This document shows, one piece after another, positions 1 to 9,429 of a stretch of DNA of 42,018 nucleotides. Source of the stretch: Opitutaceae bacterium (GTDB lineage: Bacteria > Verrucomicrobiota > Verrucomicrobiia > Opitutales > Opitutaceae); the NCBI GenBank assembly GCA_044375835.1, contig JBILLY010000001.1:1-42018 (forward strand). The letters are read 5' to 3'. Position numbers and translations under genes: made by a program. How positions within the stretch are numbered: position 1 is the stretch's first letter; each line of letters starts with the position of its first letter. The notes beneath the pieces are model-generated. The model did not search any database. It saw only the letters and a program-made list of their open reading frames with translations, and was not told the DNA's origin.

Positions 1-2
1 CC

Positions 3-392
3 CTCGACGCCGGCCTCTACGCCGTCAGCGCGAGCATGCTCCAGCACGTCTACAGCAACTACCGCGGTCCCTGGACGATCGAGAACGAGAACCAATTCCA
101 GACCCTGCGGAAACTGGAGCCCACTCTCCTCGCCTACTACTGGAACCCCGCGCAACGCCCCGCGCTCGACCGCGAACGCCCGCCCGACCAGTGGCTCGCG
201 CTCTGGCAGACCTACGAGACCCTGCGCTTCGCCCGCCTCTGCCACTACCTGCGCGCCCGCCGGCCCGACGCCATCGTCGCGCACACCGTGCTCGTCCATC
301 GCCTCACCGCCGCCGAAGTCGCGGCCGCGACCGGCCCCGACGTCCGCGCCTGGCAATCCGCGATCGAGCAGGCCGTCACTGCCCGCCGCTGA
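3..392 (+). CDS. C-terminal part of a protein entering from upstream of the window, probably a GT39/PMT-like (GT-C) membrane glycosyltransferase
   Basis: The frame is open from base 3 (LDAGLYAVSASMLQHVY...FARLCHYLRARRPDAIVAHTVLVHRLT). This resembles my recollection of the extracytoplasmic C-terminus of Opitutales GT39-like proteins. It overlaps the convergent gene by 17 nt. Confidence 0.5.
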   Translation, partial: LDAGLYAVSASMLQHVYSNYRGPWTIENENQFQTLRKLEPTLLAYYWNPAQRPALDRERPPDQWLALWQTYETLRFARLCHYLRARRPDAIVAHTVLVHRLTAAEVAAATGPDVRAWQSAIEQAVTARR

Positions 393-2202
393 CGGGCGCG
401 GCCGGCGCCGCCGGCACGGGATCGATCGACACCACGCGGCTCACGCGGATCCACCGCGTGCCGAAACGCTTCCGGTCGATGGTCTCGAGCTTGAACTCCG
501 GCGGCAGCACGTCGCCCGGCTCCACGCCCGCATCGCCCTGCGCCGAGGTCGGCCGCACCACCTGGGCCACGATCACCTCGCGAAACGTCCCCTGCCGCAG
601 GTGCCAGGCGATCCGCGACGCGCGCGCTCCCGCCATCGACGTATTGATCGCCGGGATACGCCGCAGCAGGAAGGGCATCGTGGCCTTGTTCGTGATCGCC
701 AGCACCGGGCCGGGGCGGCTCATCGCCAGCTCCAGCTCCCAGTCCGTCTCGTGCATCACCTGGTTTTCCAGGGTGTAGAGACGGCGCGCGTAGGCCGGCG
801 CGCCCCAGACCGCGACCCATGCCGCCAACCCCAGCGCAGCCGCCGCGGTCGCCTTGCGGAACCGGTCCGCGGCCCGCCCGACCACCCACCCGCCCGCCAC
901 CGCGAGCAGGAAACAGAACGGCAGCGCGAACCGCGCCGTGATCGGCTCGTCGAAGCGGCTCCAGTAGTAGAAGAGCAGCATCGCCACGTTGGCCGCGATG
1001 CCCGCGCCGACGAGCGCCACGGCCGTCTCTTCCGGCCGCCAACGCGCCCAGCCGCCGCCCGCCTCCCGGCTGCGCCGCGTCCACCGCCACAACGCCCATC
1101 CGAGCCCGCCCAGGCCCGCCAACGACAGCGCGAGCGAGGCCGGCTGCCCCGGCGAGACCGAGAAAAAGAAGTTCCGCGCGCCTTCCAGATTCCCCGGGAG
1201 GTAGTGCAGGCCGAACCGCCCGGTGTCGCCCTCGCGCAGCTGCCAGAGCACGGGCTTGGTATCCACGTAGCGGTTATGCCACGCATACGGGACAAGCAGC
1301 AGCGGCGCGACCAGCGCCGGCCACGGGAGCAAAATCCTGCCCGCCCGCGCCCAGCCGATCGCCACCGCGGCCGCGACGGGCACCACAAAGATGACCGACT
1401 CGTAGCGGCTCTGCGCGAGGAGCACCGCCGTCAGCACCAGCAGCGCCAGCCGGTCGTCGTCCGGCGCCCGCAGGTAGAGCGTCGCCGCCACGAGCGTGGC
1501 GGCGATCATCGCCAGATTGTGGATCTCCATGCTCGCACCGGTCGCGTTCTGCCCGAAAAGCGGCAGCGTCGCCAGCAGCAGCACGGCGATCCGCGCCGCC
1601 CCCGCGCGGCCGGTCAGCGCCCGCACCAGCCAGAGGGTGAGGCCGAGACAGATCGCCGCGCAGGCGACGTTGACCACGAACGCGTTTTCCTGCCGGAACC
1701 CGGTCAGGTCGTGGACGAGCGAGACCACGAACGTGAAAAAGAACGGCCGCTTGTCGAGGAACGCATCCGTCGCGAGCCAGGTCCCGGCGAACTCGTAGGC
1801 CCGCACCGGCGTGCCGACTTCCTTCGTGGCGTGCAGGTGCCACGCCGTCCCCTGCAGCACGTATTCGTCGAACAGCACTTTGTGCGCGAACTGGTCGCTG
1901 CCGATCGCCACCGCCAACCCGAGCGCCAGCACCGCGCCGTCCGCGCCGGGCCGGCGCAGCCACGGTCGCCACGCCTCCGGCCGCGCCGCGAGCACGCGGC
2001 CCGCGAACACCAGGGCCGCGGCGAACACCCCGAGAATGTAGTAGTAGCCGCCGTGCACGATCCACGGCTCCGCCTGCTCCGGCGCCACCAGCCGGAACCC
2101 GATCGCGACGGCCGCCACGCCGCTCGCGCCGAAGAGCAAAAGACGCCGCCGCGTCTCCGGTTCGCCGGCCGCGGCCATCAAGCGTGCGAGGGTGGGACTC
2201 AC
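376..2202 (-). CDS. GT-C-fold (ArnT/PMT-like) polytopic membrane glycosyltransferase, paralog B
   Basis: About 12 hydrophobic segments, an acidic DE motif in the first large loop (HKVLFDEYVL), an ArnT-like 'DKRPFFF', 'SRYES', and a soluble C-terminal domain. The start could be the ATG at 2178. Confidence 0.75.
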   Translation of the reverse strand: MSPTLARLMAAAGEPETRRRLLLFGASGVAAVAIGFRLVAPEQAEPWIVHGGYYYILGVFAAALVFAGRVLAARPEAWRPWLRRPGADGAVLALGLAVAIGSDQFAHKVLFDEYVLQGTAWHLHATKEVGTPVRAYEFAGTWLATDAFLDKRPFFFTFVVSLVHDLTGFRQENAFVVNVACAAICLGLTLWLVRALTGRAGAARIAVLLLATLPLFGQNATGASMEIHNLAMIAATLVAATLYLRAPDDDRLALLVLTAVLLAQSRYESVIFVVPVAAAVAIGWARAGRILLPWPALVAPLLLVPYAWHNRYVDTKPVLWQLREGDTGRFGLHYLPGNLEGARNFFFSVSPGQPASLALSLAGLGGLGWALWRWTRRSREAGGGWARWRPEETAVALVGAGIAANVAMLLFYYWSRFDEPITARFALPFCFLLAVAGGWVVGRAADRFRKATAAAALGLAAWVAVWGAPAYARRLYTLENQVMHETDWELELAMSRPGPVLAITNKATMPFLLRRIPAINTSMAGARASRIAWHLRQGTFREVIVAQVVRPTSAQGDAGVEPGDVLPPEFKLETIDRKRFGTRWIRVSRVVSIDPVPAAPAAPVSGGQ

Positions 2203-2220
2203 GGCTCCGATCGCACCCGC

Positions 2221-4089
2221 TCAGGGCAACTGCTTCATGTAGCTCTCGAGAAACAGCGCCCGCGCTTTCTCGACCTCGGCCCGCTTGCTCGGCACGGTCG
2301 CCGTCACCGGATCCGGCGCCGACGTCACCTCGCCGTTCACGCGGATTTCTTTCACCCGGCTGATCCGCGAAAGAGTGAGAAACTGCAGCCGCCGCTCCGC
2401 CACCGGCTCCAGCACGAACGCCGGCCCGAGGTCGTCGCCCACGCGGAGCGTCATCTTGCCCGTGTCCGGATCGATCAGGTAGCGCTGGAAAACAAACACC
2501 TCGGAGAACGTCCGGTTGCGCAGGTGGAAAGCGATGTCGACCTGCCGCTTCACCGCCGTGACCGTCGGCGTGGCCGACACGCGGTGGGTCACCCACAGGG
2601 TCGCGTCGTTGTCGATCATCAGGTAGTCCGGCCGCGACTGCGCACGCATGAACTCCCGCCGCCACGCCGTCTCCCGGCCTGGGATGTATTCCTGGCTGTA
2701 GGCATGCGCGGCCATCGACGGCACGCTGCGCGCCACGAGCGCCAGCAGGGCGACGCCCAGCAGCACGCGCATCACCGCCGGTTTCGCGAGCTGCGGCAGC
2801 ACTGCCAGCACCGCGACGACCAGGCCGAGATGCGTCGGCAGACTCAGGCGCCGGATCACGACGTCGTCGAATTTCCCCCAGAAATAGCACATCATCAGCG
2901 CGAATTGGACCGCGAAACCCACGCTGAACAGCGTCACGGCCACGCTCGCCGGCCCTTCGTCGCGCAGCGCGCGCAAACGCTTCGCGACCAGCAACGCGAA
3001 GAACGGCACCGCGATGCAACCGAGCACCGAAAGCACCAGCGAGTTCGGCTGGTCGGCGGGTTTCCCGAAGAGAAACTTCAGCGCGTGCACCAGATTTTCC
3101 GGGATGTAGGCGACGGAGAACGGCTCGGTGTAGCCGGGCTTGCTGAACATCTCCCAGGCCGACGCCCGCAGATCGAAAATGCGGTGCTGCAGCGGATAGT
3201 GCACCATCAGCAAAGGCGCCGCGACCAACGGCCACGTCACCGTCGCGCGTCCGTCGCGCCACCAACCCGCCAGCACCACCAGCGCGACCGGCAGCAGGTA
3301 GATCACGGATTCATACCGCACCTGCGCGAGCAACAGCCCAGCGTAGCAGAACGCCGTCAACGCCGCGGCGTCGCGTCGCTCGAGGTAGCGCACCCCGAGC
3401 AGCAACGTCGTGAGGATCATCACCAGGTTCAGCAGCTCGAAGCCGCCGCCCGTCGCGTTGTGTCCGAGCAACGGCAGACCCGCCAGCAGCACGACCGCGA
3501 GCCAGCCGGCGAGCCGCCCGGCCAGCAGCCGCCCGAGTCCGCAGGCCAAGCCGAGGAACACAAAGGTGAGCACCCCGTTCAGCACGAACGCATTTTCCGG
3601 CCGGTAGCCCGTCGCGTCGTGCAGCAGGGAAACCAGAAACGGGAAGAACAGGGGCCGCTTGTCCACGATGCCCTCCACGATCACGAAAGCTCCCTGGATG
3701 TCGTTGCCGCGCAGCGGGGTCAGCACCGATTTGTCGAGGTGCATGCTCATCGACGTGCCGAGCAGCATGAGCTCGTCCATCACGATCTTGAAGCCGAACG
3801 CTTCGTGCGCCAGCAGGACGCTCCCGCCGAGACCGATCACCCCGACGGACACCCAATCGATCCGGCGCCACCGGTCCCGAGCAAAGTCGGGTCGGAACGT
3901 GGCCCAAAGCGCGTGCAGCCAAAGCGCAAACGCCACCATCACGAACCAAAACCCCGCGTGGGAAACGAGCTTCTCCGCCTCCTTGTCCGGCACCGCCACG
4001 AACGCGAGGATCAGCGCCACCACGATGGCGGCGAGAAGACAGACGAACCGTCGTTCGCGCAGGCTGGGGGCGAGAGCGGCAAAAGACAT
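2221..4089 (-). CDS. GT-C-fold (ArnT/PMT-like) polytopic membrane glycosyltransferase, paralog A
   Basis: Same motifs as the neighbour (FKIVMDELML, DKRPLFF, ENAFVLN, NATGGGFE, VRYESV, YFWGKFDD), so clearly a paralog of 376-2202. Confidence 0.75.
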   Translation of the reverse strand: MSFAALAPSLRERRFVCLLAAIVVALILAFVAVPDKEAEKLVSHAGFWFVMVAFALWLHALWATFRPDFARDRWRRIDWVSVGVIGLGGSVLLAHEAFGFKIVMDELMLLGTSMSMHLDKSVLTPLRGNDIQGAFVIVEGIVDKRPLFFPFLVSLLHDATGYRPENAFVLNGVLTFVFLGLACGLGRLLAGRLAGWLAVVLLAGLPLLGHNATGGGFELLNLVMILTTLLLGVRYLERRDAAALTAFCYAGLLLAQVRYESVIYLLPVALVVLAGWWRDGRATVTWPLVAAPLLMVHYPLQHRIFDLRASAWEMFSKPGYTEPFSVAYIPENLVHALKFLFGKPADQPNSLVLSVLGCIAVPFFALLVAKRLRALRDEGPASVAVTLFSVGFAVQFALMMCYFWGKFDDVVIRRLSLPTHLGLVVAVLAVLPQLAKPAVMRVLLGVALLALVARSVPSMAAHAYSQEYIPGRETAWRREFMRAQSRPDYLMIDNDATLWVTHRVSATPTVTAVKRQVDIAFHLRNRTFSEVFVFQRYLIDPDTGKMTLRVGDDLGPAFVLEPVAERRLQFLTLSRISRVKEIRVNGEVTSAPDPVTATVPSKRAEVEKARALFLESYMKQLP

Positions 4090-4095
4090 CGGAAA

Positions 4096-4126
4096 ATTCT
4101 ACCCGCAAATCGGCGACGCGCGTCAA
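4096..4126 (-). promoter_or_regulatory. Putative sigma70-type promoter giving a leaderless transcript of the GT-C pair
   Basis: The minus strand reads TTGACG-N19-TAGAAT-N6-ATG(4089). The -10 to ATG spacing is typical of leaderless mRNA, but the -35 spacer is long. Confidence 0.5.
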
Positions 4127-4173
4127 CACGCCAGAGTGTTGCGCCGGTCGTCGACCACCGGGCGGGAAACCGG

Positions 4174-4210
4174 CGGAACGGGCGACGACGGGTTGCCGTC
4201 GCCCGCTCCG
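4174..4210 (-). terminator. Strong stem-loop directly after pilin 2 (terminator or 3' stabilising hairpin)
   Basis: Minus-strand RNA CGGAGCGGGCGACGGC-AACCC-GUCGUCGCCCGUUCCG forms a 16-bp stem with two G-U pairs that pair only on the minus strand. The U-tract is short. Confidence 0.55.
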
Positions 4211-4218
4211 GACGAGGG

Positions 4219-4572
4219 TTACGGGGCGAACGTGATCGTCCGGGAGTTGGCGACTCCCACGATGGTCACGGTGACGCCCTGGGTGTAGAACGACGGATAC
4301 GTCTCACTCGAAACGGTGTTGAGCGACTTCACGTAGTTGGTCGCACCCAGCAGGCTGGTGGAGGCGACGAACGTGGCTCCGTTCTCGAGGAAGTATTGAT
4401 CCGCCGCCGCCGCCATCTGCCGGGCGTTGTTGAGCACGGCCTTGTCCTGCGAAGACGTGCGGACCTTGTTGAAAGCGGGGATCGCGAGCGCCGCCAGCAT
4501 CCCGATGATGACGACGACAATCATGATCTCCACGAGGGTGAATCCCGAACGGGACGAAGATATGCTGCTCAT
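4219..4572 (-). CDS. Type IV pilin, copy 2 (117 aa, 107 aa mature)
   Basis: Class III signal peptide SRSG|FTLVEIMIVVVIIGMLAALAIP with E5. The ATG at 4572 gives a 10-aa leader. No Cys. Confidence 0.92.
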   Translation of the reverse strand: MSSISSSRSGFTLVEIMIVVVIIGMLAALAIPAFNKVRTSSQDKAVLNNARQMAAAADQYFLENGATFVASTSLLGATNYVKSLNTVSSETYPSFYTQGVTVTIVGVANSRTITFAP

Positions 4573-4707
4573 GGCAACGAGTTGATCGGGCGTCGTTTCC
4601 GCCGTCGGTCCGCACCATCCGGACACGGCCACACGCCGTCGGAACCCCGACGACCCGAAGCCCCGCCGAGTCAGGTGAACGACGGCAATTCTCGCCCGGA
4701 ATGGATA

Positions 4708-4740
4708 ACAAAAAACCGCCCGGAGGAACTCGGGCGGTTA
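4708..4740 (-). terminator. Rho-independent terminator after pilin 1
   Basis: Minus strand AACCGCCCG-agttcctc-CGGGCGGTT followed by TTTTGTT. Confidence 0.8.
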
Positions 4741-4764
4741 GGGAGAAAATCAACTCAGACGCAC

Positions 4765-5112
<348 letters not shown>

Positions 5113-5174
5113 GGTGAAACGAATCAACTGACGATTATGGATGATACTCGCTCAAATGTGAGCAGTGGACGCGG

Positions 5175-5202
5175 AGCATGTCAGTTGCGATAAGACTCAC
5201 AA
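5175..5202 (-). promoter_or_regulatory. Putative sigma70-type promoter of pilin 1
   Basis: Minus strand TTGTGA-N16-CATGCT. The same CATGCT -10 with N16 spacing occurs upstream of the tRNA (6405-6432). Confidence 0.35.
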
Positions 5203-5301
5203 GGAGAAAGTCGGGCGACCGATACGTAGGTCTATTACGAGTCCTACCCGATTGGCCGGTGCGTTCGCACGTCGCGCGCCGACCTTTGACCCAGGCGACG
5301 G

Positions 5302-5736
5302 TTACTTCCGCTTCTTGGGCGTCCGTCGCACCGGAGTCTTGGTCTTGGCCGGCGATCGCTTCGCCGGAGGCGCGAGCAGTTTCGATACGTTGATCTCGGT
5401 CGAATCCCGCCAAAGGCGCTCCAAGCCGAACCGCTCGCGGGTGGGTCCGAGAAACAGGTGGATCATCACATCGAAGGCATCGATCACCAGCCAGCCGCTT
5501 TCCTGGGTGCGCTCCGCACCGACCAGACGGACACCGGCGTCATCGAGCACCTTTTCCAACTCGTTGCGCAAGGCGCGAAGGTGCGGCTCCGAAGTCGCGG
5601 TCGCGATCACGAGGTAGTCCGTGATCGAAGACTGCTCGGAGACGTTGAGCACGGTGAGCGCATCGGCTTTTTTTTCATCCAAGATCCGGCAGCAAAGCTT
5701 CGCGACTTCCAGTGCCGGCGACGATTTCGATTTCAT
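5302..5736 (-). CDS. rsfS: Ribosome silencing factor RsfS (Iojap)
   Basis: DEKKA...SITDYLVIATATSEPH...SGWLVIDAFDVMIHLF...RERFGLERLW. It follows nadD with a 4-nt overlap, a conserved pairing. Confidence 0.95.
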   Translation of the reverse strand: MKSKSSPALEVAKLCCRILDEKKADALTVLNVSEQSSITDYLVIATATSEPHLRALRNELEKVLDDAGVRLVGAERTQESGWLVIDAFDVMIHLFLGPTRERFGLERLWRDSTEINVSKLLAPPAKRSPAKTKTPVRRTPKKRK

Positions 5737-6320
5737 GTGCTGTCCCGATAGAGGCCGTGCTCCCTAATGTAAACGATAGCCTTGTGCGGCACGAAATAGT
5801 CCAAGGAGAGGTTGCGGCGCGAACGGTCGCGCAACTCCGTGGAACTGATCGCCAAGAGATGTCCGTCGCAACGGTGCAGGCGCAGACCCGGGATGTCGGG
5901 CGTGGCGCGCACCGGATATCCGGGCCGCTCGAGAAAAATGAACTCCACGATCTTCGCCAATTCTTCGATATCCTTCCAAAGGTGCAATTTCGGCAGTTGA
6001 TCGCCGCCGATGATCCAGAACAGGCGGTCGTCCGGGTAGAGGCCGCGGAAATGCCGGGCCGAATCGATCGTGTAGCTCACTCCGCCGCGGCGCAGCTCGA
6101 GGTCCGAAATCTCAAAACGCCGGTCCCACTCCACCGCCGCCCGCAACATCGCCAGGCGATCGTCCGCCGTCGACTGCACGTCGTTGGGTTTCAACGGAGC
6201 TTGGGCGGCGGGAACGAGCACCAGCCTGTCCAGATTGCACTGTTCGACCGCGTCCTGCGCGGCCATGAGATGGCCGAAATGGACCGGGTCGAAACTGCCG
6301 CCAAGAAATCCGATTTTCAC
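5733..6320 (-). CDS. nadD: Nicotinate-nucleotide adenylyltransferase
   Basis: IGFLGGSFDPVHFGHL (HxGH motif), SYTIDS, WIIGGD, ISSTELR. GTG start. Confidence 0.96.
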   Translation of the reverse strand: MKIGFLGGSFDPVHFGHLMAAQDAVEQCNLDRLVLVPAAQAPLKPNDVQSTADDRLAMLRAAVEWDRRFEISDLELRRGGVSYTIDSARHFRGLYPDDRLFWIIGGDQLPKLHLWKDIEELAKIVEFIFLERPGYPVRATPDIPGLRLHRCDGHLLAISSTELRDRSRRNLSLDYFVPHKAIVYIREHGLYRDST

Positions 6321-6443
6321 CGGGGCGACCGTGAGGTTTTCCGCCCGGCACCCGCAAGGTCTAATCCGGGTGGAGGCCGGATGCCCGCGCCGGTCGTTAT
6401 GTGCTGGTCAGCGTCGGGCCCGCTCCCATGCTGCGCGGGCACC

Positions 6444-6529
6444 GCCCGGGTGGTGAAATGGTAGACACTGGGGACTTAAAATCCCCTGCCCGCAAGGGCG
6501 TGCGGGTTCGAGTCCCGCCCCGGGCACCA
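6444..6529 (+). tRNA. tRNA-Leu (anticodon UAA)
   Basis: GCCCGGG acceptor stem pairing with CCCGGGC-A-CCA, D-loop TGGTAGAC, anticodon arm GGGGA-CTTAAAA-TCCCC, long variable arm GCCC-GCAA-GGGC, T-loop GTTCGAGT. CCA is encoded. Confidence 0.97.
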
Positions 6530-6546
6530 GACTCGCGAAATTGAAA

Positions 6547-6578
6547 CAAAAAAGCCGCGCGGATGATCCGCGCGGCTT
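6547..6578 (-). terminator. Rho-independent terminator for 6606-9116, possibly also serving the tRNA
   Basis: AAGCCGCGCGGA-tga-TCCGCGCGGCTT, a 12-bp stem with an A-run on the left, which is a U-tract on the minus strand. Confidence 0.8.
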
Positions 6579-6605
6579 GGGAGAGAAACGTCAGAGCTGG
6601 ATCAA

Positions 6606-9116
6606 TCAGGGAGCCAGCGGGCCATTGATCGCGCCACCGTGGGAGTTGTTGTAGGCGTCGAACCAGTTCTTCGCGAAGAGCACGTAGCTGCTGGAGTATT
6701 TGCTCGGGTTAGCGAGGATGGACTCACCCCACCAGAGGAACAGCATCGTGAGCGTCTTGTTGCCGTTGATAAAGGCGCCGTTCTGGTAGTTGTATTCGGA
6801 TGCAATCAGCTGCTTCGAGAGCAAGGAGACGGAGTTCGAGCCGTTGTAACCCATCGTCGAAGAGGCGGTCTTCATCGAGATATTGTCATAGGGCGTGAGG
6901 CCGAAGCAACCGATCCTAGAGGTGTAGGTCGTCAGCGTGGACTTCGACACTTGCGTTCCGTTGGTCTGGCAGGCGAGGGCCTTGTCGATGTTGTTCTTCC
7001 AGAAACCGATCGTGAAGCCGTTGGCCGTCATCGGACGAAGCGCGGCGAAATCGAGACCGAAGCCAAACTTCGACACACACACGGTCGAAGACGTGCAGGT
7101 GTTGCCGGTGCTGGCAGTGATCGTCACGGCACGGGTCAGCGTCGTCGTTCCCTTGAGCCCGGAGGGCGCCGTCGCCACGACCGAGTAGGTGCCGGGCCCC
7201 ACACCGGTGAACGAGTAGCTGCCGCAGCTGCTGCTCGTCTTGGTGTCGAGCAATTGGTTGGTGGAACTGAAAAGCCTTACGGTGACGCCGCCGAGGCCGA
7301 ACTCGCCGCAGTCCTCCCGGCCGTCGAAGTCGACGTCGAAGAACGTGTCGCCGCAGATGGTCTTACCTTGCACGACTTGGACGCTGAAGTTGCGGGTCGC
7401 GCTGGCGGTGCCGTGGGCGTCGATCGCCGTGACGCTGATGGTGTAGGTGCCGGCGTTCGAAACCGTCATCGTGGCGGCGCCTTGGGCGACCGGAGTATTG
7501 AGGTTCGTGGGCGTGACCGTCAGCTGCGTGGTCCCGAGCGAGGCGCGAAGCTGGGTGATGACGGCGCCCGGCGTGTTGCTCGTGCCGGTAAAGGTGAGCG
7601 GGATCTGGAGCGCGGGACCGCCGGAGACGCGGGTGTAGACCGAGCCGACCGGCGGCGTGTTGATCACGACGCTCGGGGGAACCGCCGAGGAACGAACCGT
7701 GAAGCGGACCGAATCCGAAACACTGATACCAGCGCTGACGCCCGTGGCGGTCAGGGTGTAAGTGCCGGCGGTCAGGCCGGAGAGCGTGCCCGTGCTGATC
7801 GCTGTCGCGGTGCCGAGGCCCGTGGTCGCGATACCGCTCACGGTGATCGTGCCGAGGTTGGCGCTCACCGAGTCCACCACAAAGCCGTTGTTGGAGGTGG
7901 TGACGAAGCGATACGGGACATTGGTCGCCGTCTGGCCGCTCGGGATATCGAAGATCTGGCCCTCGGTCGGGTTGGTGATATCAATCACCGGCGTCGGCGC
8001 GATGACGTTGATCGAAAAGTTCGAGTTGGCGACAGCCGTCCCGACATCATCCGTCGTGGTCACTTCCAGCGTATGGGAACCGGCCGTGGTGTAGGAGAGC
8101 GGGATCGAGCCGGTGGCGGTCGGGGAACCGATGCCGGACGGCGTGAACGTCGTCACCGCGCCGTTTACCTTGGCCGTCAGCGTGCGAACCGCGCCGGCAT
8201 TGCTCGTCGCCGTAAACGTGAACGGAACCTGAAGCGCCGGATCGCCAACGCGATAAGTCAGGGTGGTATTCGGCGTAGGCGTATTGATCACCACGGTCGG
8301 CGGCGGCGCCAAAACGGTGATGGTGAAACTGTTGGTGTCCGTCGCGGAACCGCCGAGATTGGTCGCCCGCGCCGTGAGGGTGTGCAACCCGGGGGACGTC
8401 ACGACCAACGTTCCGGAGGCCGCGACCGCCAGCGTGCCGAGGCCCGTGACCGAAGAGAAATTAACGGCCGAACCGCTGCTCAATTCCGCCGACACGCTCG
8501 TGATCGGAGTGGCCGTCGTCCCGTCCACCGAGGCCGTGTAGGAAAAATTGATCGTCATCGGAAATCCGCCCACATTCGGGATCACCGCACCGTCGGCCGG
8601 CGACGCGATCAGGACGGTCGGAGGCGTCCCCGCCGGCGGCTCGGTGACCGTCGCATTGATGGAGGCACCGAAGTTCTGGGGATTACCGGACCAGCCGATC
8701 GCCTTGATCTGGTAGCCATACGATCCGGCCACCGCACCCAACGGCACATTCATCGTGACCGTCACGGTGCGCTGCTGGTTTCCGGCGGAAAAAGCCAAGC
8801 CGGGGGAGCTGAACGAAAGATAACTCAGCGCCGTCGCATCGGAAACCGAAGCCGGCTTGGAATTCACCGTGACCTGCCACGTGGTATTCACCGAGACCGC
8901 GCTCGACGGTGACGTGACCGTCAAGACATACGCCTGCATGAACGGGATCTGCCCCTGGATGTTGGTTTGCTCGGGCGTATAGAGCACCGAACCACCGCCA
9001 CCCGACCCTTGCGCCTGAACGCTGGAGGTGGCACATACGCCGAGCACAATTGCTGCCGATGCCGCCAGCCACCGCCGGCCGGCGCAGAGTAGGGTTGAAG
9101 CAAGACTTGAGTTCAT
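6606..9116 (-). CDS. Secreted Ser/Thr-rich protein with about 4 bacterial Ig-like repeats, an SdrD B-like domain and a C-terminal 'TIGFWKN' domain (836 aa)
   Basis: Signal peptide ending ..SSVQA. Repeats start PPTVLIASP / PPTVVINTP / PVIDITNP / PPSVVINTP. SdrD-B pattern ICGDTFFDVDFDGRED.GE.GLGGVTVRL...GSYSFTGVGPGTYSV. ATG at 9116. Confidence 0.8.
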   Translation of the reverse strand: MNSSLASTLLCAGRRWLAASAAIVLGVCATSSVQAQGSGGGGSVLYTPEQTNIQGQIPFMQAYVLTVTSPSSAVSVNTTWQVTVNSKPASVSDATALSYLSFSSPGLAFSAGNQQRTVTVTMNVPLGAVAGSYGYQIKAIGWSGNPQNFGASINATVTEPPAGTPPTVLIASPADGAVIPNVGGFPMTINFSYTASVDGTTATPITSVSAELSSGSAVNFSSVTGLGTLAVAASGTLVVTSPGLHTLTARATNLGGSATDTNSFTITVLAPPPTVVINTPTPNTTLTYRVGDPALQVPFTFTATSNAGAVRTLTAKVNGAVTTFTPSGIGSPTATGSIPLSYTTAGSHTLEVTTTDDVGTAVANSNFSINVIAPTPVIDITNPTEGQIFDIPSGQTATNVPYRFVTTSNNGFVVDSVSANLGTITVSGIATTGLGTATAISTGTLSGLTAGTYTLTATGVSAGISVSDSVRFTVRSSAVPPSVVINTPPVGSVYTRVSGGPALQIPLTFTGTSNTPGAVITQLRASLGTTQLTVTPTNLNTPVAQGAATMTVSNAGTYTISVTAIDAHGTASATRNFSVQVVQGKTICGDTFFDVDFDGREDCGEFGLGGVTVRLFSSTNQLLDTKTSSSCGSYSFTGVGPGTYSVVATAPSGLKGTTTLTRAVTITASTGNTCTSSTVCVSKFGFGLDFAALRPMTANGFTIGFWKNNIDKALACQTNGTQVSKSTLTTYTSRIGCFGLTPYDNISMKTASSTMGYNGSNSVSLLSKQLIASEYNYQNGAFINGNKTLTMLFLWWGESILANPSKYSSSYVLFAKNWFDAYNNSHGGAINGPLAP

Positions 9117-9429
9117 AAAATAGGGAAGATTGGGCGTGCAGGTAAGGGGAAAGACGTCGGGTTGGATGAAACTGACCACAACGCATAGGGTGATACACCC
9201 ACTTGTCTACGCCGAAATTGCAAACTAGGTGTTTTTTCGCCGCTGCGCCCCGCGCCACGTAGGCCTCCCACATCCCATCTACGTGTCCTCCGCCCCACAG
9301 CCGGACGCCTGGTCCGACCGACTCGGGGAGCGGGAGCCCGGGATGCGCCACAAACCCTAGGGTTATTACCCCAATTTGAGCGTTGACCCGGGTGTGTCGA
9401 TATCAATGTTTCCCGCGCTTCCGGCTCCA

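Noticed and set aside
5265-5282. Possible sigma54 promoter for pilin 1 (minus strand CGGCGCG-CGAC-GTGC, GG-N10-GC)
   Set aside because: It is a poor match to TGGCAC/TTGC, and GG-N10-GC arises readily by chance at this GC content.
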